Below are positions 1-9,125 of a stretch of 64,000 nt of DNA, in pieces. Numbering within the stretch: the first letter of the stretch is position 1; each line of letters opens with the position of its first letter. The position numbers were made by a program, and so were the translations under genes. The notes under the pieces were generated by a model. That model ran no database searches. It saw only the letters and a list, made by a program, of their open reading frames with translations, and was not told the DNA's origin. This stretch comes from Longimicrobiales bacterium (GTDB lineage: Bacteria; Gemmatimonadota; Gemmatimonadetes; Longimicrobiales; Gaopeijiaceae), in assembly GCA_965202985.1 (NCBI GenBank), contig CBDBCF010000001.1, positions 1,024,001 to 1,088,000 of the forward strand. The letters run 5' to 3'.

Positions 1-209
1 GCCTGCTTCAGTTCGTCGGGAGTCCGAAGCAGCGGCGCTCCCGGAGGCAGTCGATCCCAACGTTCGGCGTATTCCCGGAGGGCGGGCTCGCCGCGGGTCC
101 GGACAGCGGTTACGATTTCGGAGATCCGCGGCAGCATCTCGGGCGCCACGACCGGAGACCGGGCCTTGGCCGCCTGGGCCGCGTCCACGCGCCGCAACAC
201 CGGGTTCAC
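1..209 (-). CDS. hisD: Histidinol dehydrogenase, 5' part only (runs off window edge)
   Basis: GTG at 209 overlaps the TGA of the upstream gene; manual translation MNPVLRR...ISEIVTAVRTRGEPALREYAERWD fits the HisD N-terminal V.+.G+.AL..Y..+.D pattern; last his enzyme not otherwise accounted for. Confidence 0.75.
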   Translation of the reverse strand, partial: MNPVLRRVDAAQAAKARSPVVAPEMLPRISEIVTAVRTRGEPALREYAERWDRLPPGAPLLRTPDELKQ

Positions 210-1510
210 GCGTCCTCCGCCAAGCCCGCCCCGGCCGCCGCCGCGCCCTTCGGCGGCGAGACGGGCCTGCGCGAGACCCTGGCGCGCCTGCGGTCTAGCT
301 CGCGCTCCACATCGGCGAGGTCCGCACCCGCTCGCGCCAGCGCGACGGCCAGGAAGTAGAGCAGGTCCGCGGCCTCTTCCACAACCCGCTCCCGGCCTTG
401 GGCCTCGCCCACTTCCGCGGCTTCCTCGACCAGCTTGCCGCGCAGGAAACGCGCGTCGCCTTCGTCCGACAAGAGTCGGCTGGAGAGCGATCCGGCCACG
501 GGGGCGTCCCGCCGCTCGGTCAGCAGCCGCTCCAGCGCCTGGAGCCCGCGGGCGGGCCCGAAGCACGTCCATTCGCCCTGGTGGCAGAAGCCGCGTCCCT
601 GTTGCGCGACGGTGAAGCGGAGCGCGTCCCGGTCGCAGTCGGCGTCGATGTACAGCAGCCGCTGGACGTCGCCCGAGGATTCGCCCTTCCGCCAAAGACC
701 CCGGCGACGGGAGTGGTAGACGCCCCTTCCCTCTTCGACGGAGGCGCGCACGCTCTCGGCGCTAGACCAGACCAGCCCCAACGCGGCGCCCCGGTCGTCG
801 CACACCACGGTCGGCCACAGTTGGTCCGGCCGCTCGCTGGTCAGCGGGGCCGTGAAGGCGCGCGCCAAGTCCAAGGTCCCCCGGTACAGCGACATGCCCA
901 CCTGCGCGCCGACGCCAAGCCGGTCCAGCCAAGCCACCTCCGCCGCCGTCGTGACGCCGCCGGCCACGGTGAGCCGCGCCGGGCGCGCCGCCTCCGTCAA
1001 GCCAGCGGCCTCTTCGCGAGGGAACCCGGCTTCCTTGCCTTCGCCCTCCACAAACGTGACCAGGAACTCGCCCACCAAGCCCCGCAGCGCCTCGATCCCC
1101 TGGCGGACGGTCCGCCCCGTCCGTTCCGTCCACCCCTTCACCACGACCTCGCCCTTCCAGGCGTCCAGTGCCGCCACCACTCGCTGCGGCGGCAAGCGCT
1201 CCAGCACTTCGGGAACCGCCGCCGTTCCCAACACCACCTTTGCGGCGCCCCGGTCCAGCCACCGCATCGCGTCGTCCCGGCTGCGTATGCCGCCGCCTAC
1301 CCGGCACCGCGCCAAACTGCACAGCTCCTGCACCACATCCGCGTTGGACCCCCTCCCCAGCGCGGCGTCCAAGTCCACCACGGCCACCTCGCCCACGCGC
1401 CCGAAGCGCTCCGCCAGGGGCCGCGGGTCGCCCGCGTCCAGCACCTTCTTCCGGCCCTGGACGAGCTGGACGGCGCGCCCGTCCATGAGATCGATCGACG
1501 GGACGATCAC
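206..1510 (-). CDS. hisAIE: Fused HisA-like isomerase / phosphoribosyl-AMP cyclohydrolase (HisI) / phosphoribosyl-ATP pyrophosphatase (HisE)
   Basis: N-term IVPSIDLMDGRAVQL, VDLDAA, VGGGIR (HisA barrel); LWRKGESSG..DCDRDAL..FCH...CF (HisI); KLVEEAAE..EAADLLY (HisE); GTG start overlaps hisF stop. Confidence 0.9.
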   Translation of the reverse strand: MIVPSIDLMDGRAVQLVQGRKKVLDAGDPRPLAERFGRVGEVAVVDLDAALGRGSNADVVQELCSLARCRVGGGIRSRDDAMRWLDRGAAKVVLGTAAVPEVLERLPPQRVVAALDAWKGEVVVKGWTERTGRTVRQGIEALRGLVGEFLVTFVEGEGKEAGFPREEAAGLTEAARPARLTVAGGVTTAAEVAWLDRLGVGAQVGMSLYRGTLDLARAFTAPLTSERPDQLWPTVVCDDRGAALGLVWSSAESVRASVEEGRGVYHSRRRGLWRKGESSGDVQRLLYIDADCDRDALRFTVAQQGRGFCHQGEWTCFGPARGLQALERLLTERRDAPVAGSLSSRLLSDEGDARFLRGKLVEEAAEVGEAQGRERVVEEAADLLYFLAVALARAGADLADVERELDRRRARVSRRPVSPPKGAAAAGAGLAEDA

Positions 1511-2319
1511 GGCGCTTGGGCGCCTCCCGCCCCCGCCGGCGCGTTCCCCTCTTGAAACCGAGGCCGCACCGGCACGCCCAGGTCTTGCAGGGCGTCCTTG
1601 ATCCCGTCCACCGTCCACGCCGCCTGGTGGAAGATCGACGCCGCCAGCACGGCGTCGGCGCCGGCGTCGACCGCGCGGGCCATGTGGTCGGGCGACTCCG
1701 CTCCACCCGACGCGACGATCGGCACCGACGTCGCGGCGCGCACCTGCCGCACCAGCGTCAAGTCGTACCCCGTCCTGGTCCCGTCGCGGTCCACGCTGGT
1801 CAGCAGGATCTCGCCGGCCCCGGCTCGGGCCGCCGCCGTGGCCCACGCCACCGCATCCAAGCCCGTCGGCTCCGTGCCCGAGCGGACTATCACTTGGTAG
1901 CTTCCGTCGCCGGCCGCTGCCGCGTCCACGGCCACCACCACGCATTGGCTGCCGAAGCGGGCCGCCAGCTCCGAGAGCAGGTCGGGCCGACGCACGGCCG
2001 CCGTGTTGACCGCCACCTTGTCGGCCCCCGCTTCCAGAAGCGCCGCAGCGTCCTGGGTCCGAGTCACGCCGCCGCCGACCGCCAGGGGCACCGACAGCCG
2101 CTCGCGCACCGCCCGCACCGTCTGCAGCCGAGCGCTCCGGCCCTCGGAAGTGGCCGACACGTCCAGCACCACCACCTCGTCGGCCCCCTGCGCTTCGTAG
2201 AGGCCGGCAAGGGCGGCGGGGCTGCCTTGATCGGCAAGCTCCTTGAAGGCGACGCCCTTGACCACGCGGCCGTTTCGCACGTCGAGGCAAGGTACCACGC
2301 GGACGGGCAGACGGGTCAC
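1507..2319 (-). CDS. hisF: Imidazole glycerol phosphate synthase cyclase subunit
   Basis: RVVPCLDV..GRVVKG, GADKVAVNTAA, GAGEILLTSVDRDGT, ASGGA motifs. Confidence 0.95.
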   Translation of the reverse strand: MTRLPVRVVPCLDVRNGRVVKGVAFKELADQGSPAALAGLYEAQGADEVVVLDVSATSEGRSARLQTVRAVRERLSVPLAVGGGVTRTQDAAALLEAGADKVAVNTAAVRRPDLLSELAARFGSQCVVVAVDAAAAGDGSYQVIVRSGTEPTGLDAVAWATAAARAGAGEILLTSVDRDGTRTGYDLTLVRQVRAATSVPIVASGGAESPDHMARAVDAGADAVLAASIFHQAAWTVDGIKDALQDLGVPVRPRFQEGNAPAGAGGAQAP

Positions 2320-2933
2320 GCCGCCACCCAGCGCGAGAGCAGCGCGCGACCGTAGGCGCCCGAGAGTTCCGGGTGGAACTGGCAGGCCACCACGGCGCCG
2401 CGTTCGGCGGCCGCCAGGAAGGGACCTCCATAGTGCGACCAGGCCGAGCGCCAGGATGCCGCGTTCGCATTCGCCGGTCCAGTCAGTCGATACGAGTTCG
2501 CGAAGTAGGCGAAGCCCCTGGGGACGATCCGGCAACCGTCGTCGGGCACGACCTCGTTCCAGCCCATTTGGGGCACGCGCACCCCGTCGCCGTAGCGCTG
2601 GGCCACGCCGTTCAGCGCGCCCAGTCCGGGCGTCCCGGGCGCTTCTCGACTGCCGGCCGCCATCAGCTGCATCCCGAGACATATCCCCAGCGTGGGCCGT
2701 CCCGCGGCGATCCGGTCGCCAAGGGCCTCGGCCAAGCTGTCCGCCGCCACCGCCCTCCACGCGGCCGCGAAGGCGCCCACCCCCGGCAGCACGACGCGAG
2801 CGGCGCGGGCCACGGCGCGGGCATCCGATACGAAGCGCACGGCGCACCCGAGCCGCTCGAAGGCCACCCCGACCGAGGCCAAGTTTGCCGTGCTGGTGCG
2901 CACCACCGACACGGGGCGGGTCAGGGGCGTCAC
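2316..2933 (-). CDS. hisH: Imidazole glycerol phosphate synthase glutaminase subunit
   Basis: LPGVGAF, LGICLGMQ, PQMGWN, QFHPE. Confidence 0.95.
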   Translation of the reverse strand: MTPLTRPVSVVRTSTANLASVGVAFERLGCAVRFVSDARAVARAARVVLPGVGAFAAAWRAVAADSLAEALGDRIAAGRPTLGICLGMQLMAAGSREAPGTPGLGALNGVAQRYGDGVRVPQMGWNEVVPDDGCRIVPRGFAYFANSYRLTGPANANAASWRSAWSHYGGPFLAAAERGAVVACQFHPELSGAYGRALLSRWVAA

Positions 2934-3538
2934 AGCACCCCTTTGGTGGAGGGGACTTCGCCGGCCGGGACCGCCCCGCCGTCGCGCTTGGCGAAGGCCG
3001 CGCGGAGCGCCAAGGCCACGGACTTGAAGGCGGCCTCGGCGCGGTGGTGGTCGTTGGCGCCGCGGAGCACGTCCACGTGCAGCGCCAGCTTGGCTGCCTG
3101 GGCGAACGATTGGAAGAAGTGCGGGACCATCTCGCACGACATCGCGCCCAGCCGATCTCGGCGGAGCGTCAAGTCGCCCGCGAAGCACGGCCGACCCGAG
3201 GCGTCGGCCACGGCCCGAGCGAGCGCCTCGTCCAACGGAGCATAGGACCATCCGAAGCGCACGATCCCCTCTCGGCCCCCCAGCGCCTGGTCCACGGCGG
3301 CCCCCAATGCCAGCCCCACATCTTCCACGGTGTGGTGGTCGTCCACGTTCAGGTCGCCCTCGCAGGACACGTCCAGGTCCCAGCCGGCGTGGAACCCCAA
3401 GGCGTGGAGCACGTGGTCGAAGAAGCCGATGCCCGTGTCGGCGCGCACGGCGCCCGCGCCGTCCAACGTCACGCAAACCCGCACCCGGGTCTCGCCGGTG
3501 GCTCGCGCCGCCTCTGCGCGTCGGCCTTCGTCTTTCAT
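2930..3538 (-). CDS. hisB: Imidazoleglycerol-phosphate dehydratase (monofunctional)
   Basis: TGIGFFDH, DDHHTVED, NDHHRAEAAFK, C-terminal STKGVL. Confidence 0.95.
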   Translation of the reverse strand: MKDEGRRAEAARATGETRVRVCVTLDGAGAVRADTGIGFFDHVLHALGFHAGWDLDVSCEGDLNVDDHHTVEDVGLALGAAVDQALGGREGIVRFGWSYAPLDEALARAVADASGRPCFAGDLTLRRDRLGAMSCEMVPHFFQSFAQAAKLALHVDVLRGANDHHRAEAAFKSVALALRAAFAKRDGGAVPAGEVPSTKGVL

Positions 3539-5301
3539 GGCAGTACTCCTTCGAAGTCTGCGCTTGCGCGGACCATGCGAGCTGCGCCCGCCTGGTCCAG
3601 CGCGCAATGCATGCCGTTGCCAGCGCCGGGGGCCAAGACGCCGATCGGCACCACGCCGGCGCGCCGGGCCGCGTTCACGTCGTCGGGCGTGTCGCCCAGC
3701 ATCCACCCCGAGCGCGCGCGCAACTGGGTCATGGCGGCGCGCACGGGCGCCGGGTCCGGCTTGAGGGGGGCGTCCTCGCGGCACACCACGGCGCCGAAGA
3801 TGTCGCGGATCCGGTGCTCGTCCAGGAAGCGCTCGGCGTCTCGGCGCGGCCTGCCGGTGACCACGCCCAGCTTGAAGGAGCGCGCCAGCGCGGCCAAGTG
3901 TTCGCGATCGGGAACAAGTGTTTCGCGACGGCGCAGGCCGGGTGCCGAATCCGTGCCTTGGTAGGCCTCTTCGAAACGACGCCGGACCTGGGCGAGCGTT
4001 GCGGACACGCCGGCCTCGGCCAGCAATGTTTGCGTCAATGCCCAGTCGTCGTTGGCGTGGCCGCGGGCCTTGGCCGCCTCGATCTCCGCCGGGCCGGCGC
4101 GAACGCCGAACGACGCGCACGCCGCCACGATCGCTTCCCGGTAGGAACGGCTCACGTCGGCCAGCACGCCGTCCATGTCGAAGAGCACGGCTTCGGGTCG
4201 CATCAGGCAGCGCATGGCCTGCTCCAGCCGGTCGAACTCGCCGTCGTCGCGGGGGACGGTGATGCGCACGAACCCCGGCAGGTGCTCGAAGTGCCGGACC
4301 CGCACGCCCTGGGCCGCGAGCCCGCGCAGAACCCACTGGGCGCCCGAGTCGTCGAGAGCGGCCGTGCCGTCCCGAGCAACTGCGCCGCCCCCGGCAGCCG
4401 CGCCTTCCGCTGGATACCGGGCCAAGACGAAGTTCGTCCACGACGGCTGGGGCACGCCGCCCGTCTCGCGCACCAAAGCCGCAAGCCGCTCCCGGCCGGC
4501 CCGCGCGTAAGCCACGAACTTCCGCATCCGGGCTTGGCCCCGCTCCAACCGATCCCGCCCCAAAACCAGCGCGGGACCGCTCAGCGGATACGGGCCGCCG
4601 AACCCGCGCACCGCGGCAATCCGTTCCTGGGTACCCACGACGAAGCCGATGCGCAGTCCCGCCAGACCCCAGCACTTGGACATGGTGCGGATCTGCAACA
4701 CGTTCGGCAGGTCGGCCAGGACGCCGTCGTCCTCCGGGTTGCCGAACTCGGCGTAGGCCCGGTCCACCACCAGAGGTACGCCCTCGGGCAGGTCGCGCGC
4801 CAGTCCGGCCAACTCGTCCGCCGGGAACGCCCAGCCGGTCGGGTTGTCGGGAGACACGACGACGACCAAGCCAGTGCGCTCGTTCACGGCGTCGAGGATC
4901 GGGTCGCGGGGGAAGGTCCCCCATTCGTAATCCAGCGCCGCTAGCCGACCGCGGGCCATGCGGGCGTAGGCCGGGATCATGTAGAAGGTGGGAACCAGGT
5001 GGACTAGTTCGCGGTCCGGGTCCAGGTACGCGCGACAGACGCGATCGATTGCGTCGTCGGCGCCCGTGGTGGCCAGGACGCGCTCGGGGCCGACGCCCAA
5101 GTACGCAGCGTAGGCCTCCTCCAGCGGCGCGGGGTCGCCGTAGTCGCGGAGGATGCCGGGGCCCAGCCGACGCAAGAGGTCGAAGCATTCCTGCGGGGGC
5201 GGTTCGCCCTCGTTCATGGCCAGGTCGAGCACGGGCGCGGCGGGCCGAGCCGCCTCGAGGCCGGGCGGGGCCGGGCTGGGCTGGGCGAAGTCGGGCTTCA
5301 T
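3535..5301 (-). CDS. hisC: Histidinol-phosphate aminotransferase fused to a C-terminal HAD-family phosphatase
   Basis: LDLAMNE, SPDNPTG, DRAYAEF, RTMSKCWGLAGLRIG (PLP Lys); then FDMDGVL, VVTGR, KPDP, GDTPDD (HAD motifs I-IV) in the same frame. Confidence 0.9.
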   Translation of the reverse strand: MKPDFAQPSPAPPGLEAARPAAPVLDLAMNEGEPPPQECFDLLRRLGPGILRDYGDPAPLEEAYAAYLGVGPERVLATTGADDAIDRVCRAYLDPDRELVHLVPTFYMIPAYARMARGRLAALDYEWGTFPRDPILDAVNERTGLVVVVSPDNPTGWAFPADELAGLARDLPEGVPLVVDRAYAEFGNPEDDGVLADLPNVLQIRTMSKCWGLAGLRIGFVVGTQERIAAVRGFGGPYPLSGPALVLGRDRLERGQARMRKFVAYARAGRERLAALVRETGGVPQPSWTNFVLARYPAEGAAAGGGAVARDGTAALDDSGAQWVLRGLAAQGVRVRHFEHLPGFVRITVPRDDGEFDRLEQAMRCLMRPEAVLFDMDGVLADVSRSYREAIVAACASFGVRAGPAEIEAAKARGHANDDWALTQTLLAEAGVSATLAQVRRRFEEAYQGTDSAPGLRRRETLVPDREHLAALARSFKLGVVTGRPRRDAERFLDEHRIRDIFGAVVCREDAPLKPDPAPVRAAMTQLRARSGWMLGDTPDDVNAARRAGVVPIGVLAPGAGNGMHCALDQAGAARMVRASADFEGVLP

Positions 5302-6179
5302 GGCACGATCTGTCGAGGCCGCGAGACCACCAAGTCGGTGGCGCCCCGGGCTTTCGCGTCCAAGAGCAGCGCGGGCAGCCCTCTGCGCGGCACGGCGGCA
5401 CGGATCGCGTACCCTCCGTCGCCGTGGAGCCGCGACACGGTCGGTTCGCGCATGCACGGCAGCACCGACGCCACCTCGTCGAAGTCGGCTTCCGACACGT
5501 TGAGCTCGAGCATGACCCGGCTGCGCGCCGCCAGTACCGACGAGAGCAGCAAGACCAAGTCCTCCACCAAGCGCCTGCAACTGGGGTTGGCCAACGAGGC
5601 CCGGTTGGCGTAGAGCCGAGTGGAGGAGCGCATGAGGGTGTCCGCCACCGTCAGCCCGTTCTGTCGCAGGGTGGCGCCGCTCGCCACGTTGTCCACGATC
5701 AGGTCCGCGTCTTCGGGCGGGAAGACTTCGGTGGCTCCGTACGAGCGGACGAAGACGGCGTCGAAGGGCTGGTCGGCGATCCATGCCTCTGCGAGTCGGG
5801 CGTACTCGGACGCCACTACCAACGGCCGGTCCGCCCGAACGCGACCGTCGGAAAGCAGGCTGTCCGGCGCCGCCGCAACCACGCGAACGGGGTCCAGTCC
5901 CGTGTCCAGCAGCTCCACCAAGTCCGCGTCCAGCTCCGCAACCCAGTCGGCTCCTGCGAACCCGGCGTCCCGGGAGCCGGCCTGCAGCATCTCCACGACG
6001 TTTCGCGGATTCAGGAGCTTGGCCTGGAAGCCCGCTAGCGAGAGCGACGGACGGTAGCTCCGCTCGCCGAGATGAACGTCCACGCCCGCGTCGGCCAGGA
6101 GGCCCATGACGCCGGCCTGCATCCGTCCCTTGGGCAAGGCGATCCGGGCCGCCGCTCGGGCGCCGTCGGCTCGGCTCAC
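5298..6179 (-). CDS. hisG: ATP phosphoribosyltransferase, long form
   Basis: IALPKGR, YGATE, DLIVDNVASGATLRQNGL, C-terminal regulatory domain (PTVS..GATDLVV). Confidence 0.95.
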   Translation of the reverse strand: MSRADGARAAARIALPKGRMQAGVMGLLADAGVDVHLGERSYRPSLSLAGFQAKLLNPRNVVEMLQAGSRDAGFAGADWVAELDADLVELLDTGLDPVRVVAAAPDSLLSDGRVRADRPLVVASEYARLAEAWIADQPFDAVFVRSYGATEVFPPEDADLIVDNVASGATLRQNGLTVADTLMRSSTRLYANRASLANPSCRRLVEDLVLLLSSVLAARSRVMLELNVSEADFDEVASVLPCMREPTVSRLHGDGGYAIRAAVPRRGLPALLLDAKARGATDLVVSRPRQIVP

Positions 6180-7129
6180 GGGCCGCTGGCCTCGTCAAAG
6201 CCGATCCGCTCCTTTACGAAGTAGAGCGGGCGCGCCATGGCTTCCCGCTGCACGCGCCCGAGCTGCTCGCCCAGGATTCCAAGCGCCAGCATCTGGAGGC
6301 CGCCGACGCAAAGGAACGCGGCCAGCACAATCTTCCACGCTCCGGCCTGACCGGCGCCCAGCAGGCTCGTCGCGACGTCTCCCAAGGGCACGGCCGCCGC
6401 CCCCAGCAGCAGCAGCACTCCGACCATCAAGACGAAGCGGACGGGCGTCGTGGAGAACGACAGGACGGCATCCGCGGCTGTCTCGAACCGTGTCCGCAAC
6501 GTGTAGTTCGGCTTGCGTCCCTTAAGCGGCGGCTGCCGCCTGAAGTAAGCCGGCTCGTGGCGATACCCGATCCAGGGAGTCATGCCCCGCAGGAACGGAG
6601 TGCGTTCGGGCATGGCCAAGAGAGCGTCCACCACCTTTCGGTCCATGAGACGGAAGTTGCCCGCGTCAATGGGCATGTGGCCCGACGCCAGAAAACGCTG
6701 CACGCGGTAGAAGGCGGCGGCCAAGAAGCGCTTGAGCAACGGTTCGCCGTCGCGCCCGGTTCGCACTCCGTAGACCACGTCAGCGCCGTTCTTCCAGCGG
6801 TCCAGCATTTCGTGGACGACATCGGGCGGGTCCTGCAGGTCGGCGTCGATGACGACGGCGGCGGCGCCGTTCGTCGCCGCCAAGCCCGCGAACTGGGCGA
6901 TCTCCTGGCCGAAGTTGCGCGAGAGCGACACCACCCTCACGCGATCGTCGTTGCCCCGAAGCTCGCGAAGCAGTTCGAGCGTGGCGTCCGTGCTGCCGTC
7001 GTCCACGTACACGAACTCGACGCGCTCGGGAACGCCCGCCAAGCTCCCGGCAAGGCGGCGGTGCGCTTCCCGGATGATCTCGGCTTCGTTGAAGCAGGGA
7101 ACCACGACCGACAGAGACGTCCCTGTCAT
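6176..7129 (-). CDS. GT2 glycosyltransferase (polyprenol-phosphate sugar transferase, GtrB/YkoT-like)
   Basis: SVVVPCFNE, VDDGSTD, LSRNFG, IDADLQDPP, two C-terminal hydrophobic helices, RPLY; purine-rich SD before ATG 7129. Confidence 0.9.
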   Translation of the reverse strand: MTGTSLSVVVPCFNEAEIIREAHRRLAGSLAGVPERVEFVYVDDGSTDATLELLRELRGNDDRVRVVSLSRNFGQEIAQFAGLAATNGAAAVVIDADLQDPPDVVHEMLDRWKNGADVVYGVRTGRDGEPLLKRFLAAAFYRVQRFLASGHMPIDAGNFRLMDRKVVDALLAMPERTPFLRGMTPWIGYRHEPAYFRRQPPLKGRKPNYTLRTRFETAADAVLSFSTTPVRFVLMVGVLLLLGAAAVPLGDVATSLLGAGQAGAWKIVLAAFLCVGGLQMLALGILGEQLGRVQREAMARPLYFVKERIGFDEASGP

Positions 7130-7342
7130 CTCTACCCCCTTGTGGACCGGCGTTGGCAAGGCTGGCCCCTGCGGCAAGGCCGGGGGCGTCCTTGGCTAAA
7201 TTTGATGGGCGGCCGCCAGCGGGGTCAATGGTGACGCATGCGCGGGTCCAGCGCACCGCGGCTCGGCGTACTCGGGAGACGGCCGGTTGCGCGCCTCGGC
7301 CCAAGTTGGCGGCGCCGTCCGGCCCAGCGTAGCTTCCCAACG

Positions 7343-7567
7343 ATGACCGTTCGCCGCTCCCACTATCTGCCCCGCACCTGGGCGGGGCGCGTCGCCGCCT
7401 TCGCATTCCTTGCGTGCATGGCGCTGGCGCAGCCGCCGATTGTGCACGGGCTGGCCGACCGCATCGAGCCCTGGATCCTGGGGATGCCCTTCCTCTTCGC
7501 CTACCTGCTGGCCGTCTACCTGCTCCTGATCGCAATCCTGATCTGGACGGCCAGGAGAAGGGTCTGA
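7343..7567 (+). CDS. Small 2-TM membrane protein (DUF3311-like symporter partner)
   Basis: PWILGMPFLF motif, hydrophobic, ends 4 nt before a sodium:solute symporter gene. Confidence 0.75.
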   Translation: MTVRRSHYLPRTWAGRVAAFAFLACMALAQPPIVHGLADRIEPWILGMPFLFAYLLAVYLLLIAILIWTARRRV

Positions 7568-7571
7568 CCCC

Positions 7572-9071
7572 GTGGAGCCGTGGGTCGTATCCACCAGCCT
7601 GATCTTCGTCTACTTGGCGGCCACGATCGCGATCGGCGTGCTGGCCAACAAGAGGCTGGCCGCGAACATGGAGGACTTTCTGCTGTACGGCCGCCAAGCC
7701 GGGTTCGTGGTGCTGTACTTGACCGTGGTGGCCACCTTCCATTCGGCGTTCGCGTTCCTGGGATCGGGCGGGTACTTCTACACGCACGGAATCGGGTTCT
7801 GGGCGGCCGGAACTTGGACGATCCTGGTGGGCGCCGTCACCTACGTCCTGGGCACCCGGATCTGGGCGCTGGGCAAGAAGTTCGGCTACATCACGCCGGC
7901 CGACCTGCTGGCGGACTTCTACCAGAGCGAGACGGTGCGGGTCCTGGCCGCCGCGGTCTCGGTCGTCTTCACGATCATGTACATCCAGGTCCAAGCCACG
8001 GGGCTGGGCTACATCTTGTCGGTGGCCACGGGCGACAGGCTGCCCCTGGAGTGGGCCACGTTGATCCTGCTGGTCGTGGCCGCGATGTATTTGATCGTCG
8101 GGGGCCTGCGCGCCGTGTACTGGACCGACGTGATCCAGGGCGTCTGGATGTACGTGGCGGTCTGGGCCGGCGCCTTGGTGCTGGTCTACAAGGTCTTCGG
8201 CGGACCGGTGGCGCTTTGGCGGCGGCTGGCGACCGAGCGGCCGGACCTGCTTTCGCTGCCGGGACCGGAGGGCTTCTTCACGCCGGGCATGTGGGTGGGC
8301 ATGACGATCGTGCTGTCGTTCGGGCTCGTCTTCCAGCCCCACATGATGATCCGCTACTACACGTCGGCATCAGCGCGCACGCTCAAGCTGCTGGGAGCCA
8401 CCACGCCGCTGTACCTGATGAGCCTGTTCATCCCCATGGCCTTGGTGGGGCTGGGGGGCGCGCTCGTGCTTCCGGGACTCGAGGGCGCCGAAGCGGACAA
8501 GATCTTCCCGGAGCTGCTCTTCCGCTATGCGCCGGCGTGGCTGACGGGCCTGATTCTGGCGGGCGCGACCGCAGCGGCGATGTCCACCCTGGACTCGATC
8601 CTCCACTCCAACATGACCGTGCTCACCCGGGACGTGTACCAGCGGTACGTGGCCCCGAACCGAAGCCAGTCGCACTACGTCGCCTTCGGAAGGTGCGTGG
8701 TGCTCGTCCTGCTGGGAGTCGGCTGGTACCTCTCGGTCAACCAGATCGACTTCCTGGTCAGCTTGGTGACGCTGGCAGCGGCCGGATCGTTGCAGCTGAT
8801 GCCGGCGGTGCTGGGGGTCTGCTTCCCCGGGCGAAGGCCGACCACGGCGGCTGGCGCGGTGGCCGGCATTGCGACGGGATTGGTCGTTCTGTACCTGACG
8901 CGGATCGAGTTCGTTCGGCCTTGGGGGGTGCACGAAGCCGTGTGGTCGCTGGCGGCCAACTTCGTCGTGACGTGGGCGGTGTCCAGGTTCACGCGCCCCC
9001 CGGCTGCGGAGACCGTGGAGCGTATACACGGCGAAGTGGAGCGCTTCGTGTACGGAGACGGCACGAGCTAG
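7572..9071 (+). CDS. Sodium:solute symporter family transporter
   Basis: About 13 hydrophobic segments; ATFHSAFAFLG, GGLRAVYWTD, AAAMSTLDS. Confidence 0.92.
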   Translation: MEPWVVSTSLIFVYLAATIAIGVLANKRLAANMEDFLLYGRQAGFVVLYLTVVATFHSAFAFLGSGGYFYTHGIGFWAAGTWTILVGAVTYVLGTRIWALGKKFGYITPADLLADFYQSETVRVLAAAVSVVFTIMYIQVQATGLGYILSVATGDRLPLEWATLILLVVAAMYLIVGGLRAVYWTDVIQGVWMYVAVWAGALVLVYKVFGGPVALWRRLATERPDLLSLPGPEGFFTPGMWVGMTIVLSFGLVFQPHMMIRYYTSASARTLKLLGATTPLYLMSLFIPMALVGLGGALVLPGLEGAEADKIFPELLFRYAPAWLTGLILAGATAAAMSTLDSILHSNMTVLTRDVYQRYVAPNRSQSHYVAFGRCVVLVLLGVGWYLSVNQIDFLVSLVTLAAAGSLQLMPAVLGVCFPGRRPTTAAGAVAGIATGLVVLYLTRIEFVRPWGVHEAVWSLAANFVVTWAVSRFTRPPAAETVERIHGEVERFVYGDGTS

Positions 9072-9125
9072 CTGCACGGCCGGCAGGCTCTTGGACGCGC
9101 GCGGATCGGGCTTGGGAGGCGCGAA

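Noticed and set aside
7130..7342. His attenuator, leader peptide or riboswitch
   Set aside because: No His-codon run, U-tailed terminator or recognisable riboswitch motif; looks like a divergent promoter region
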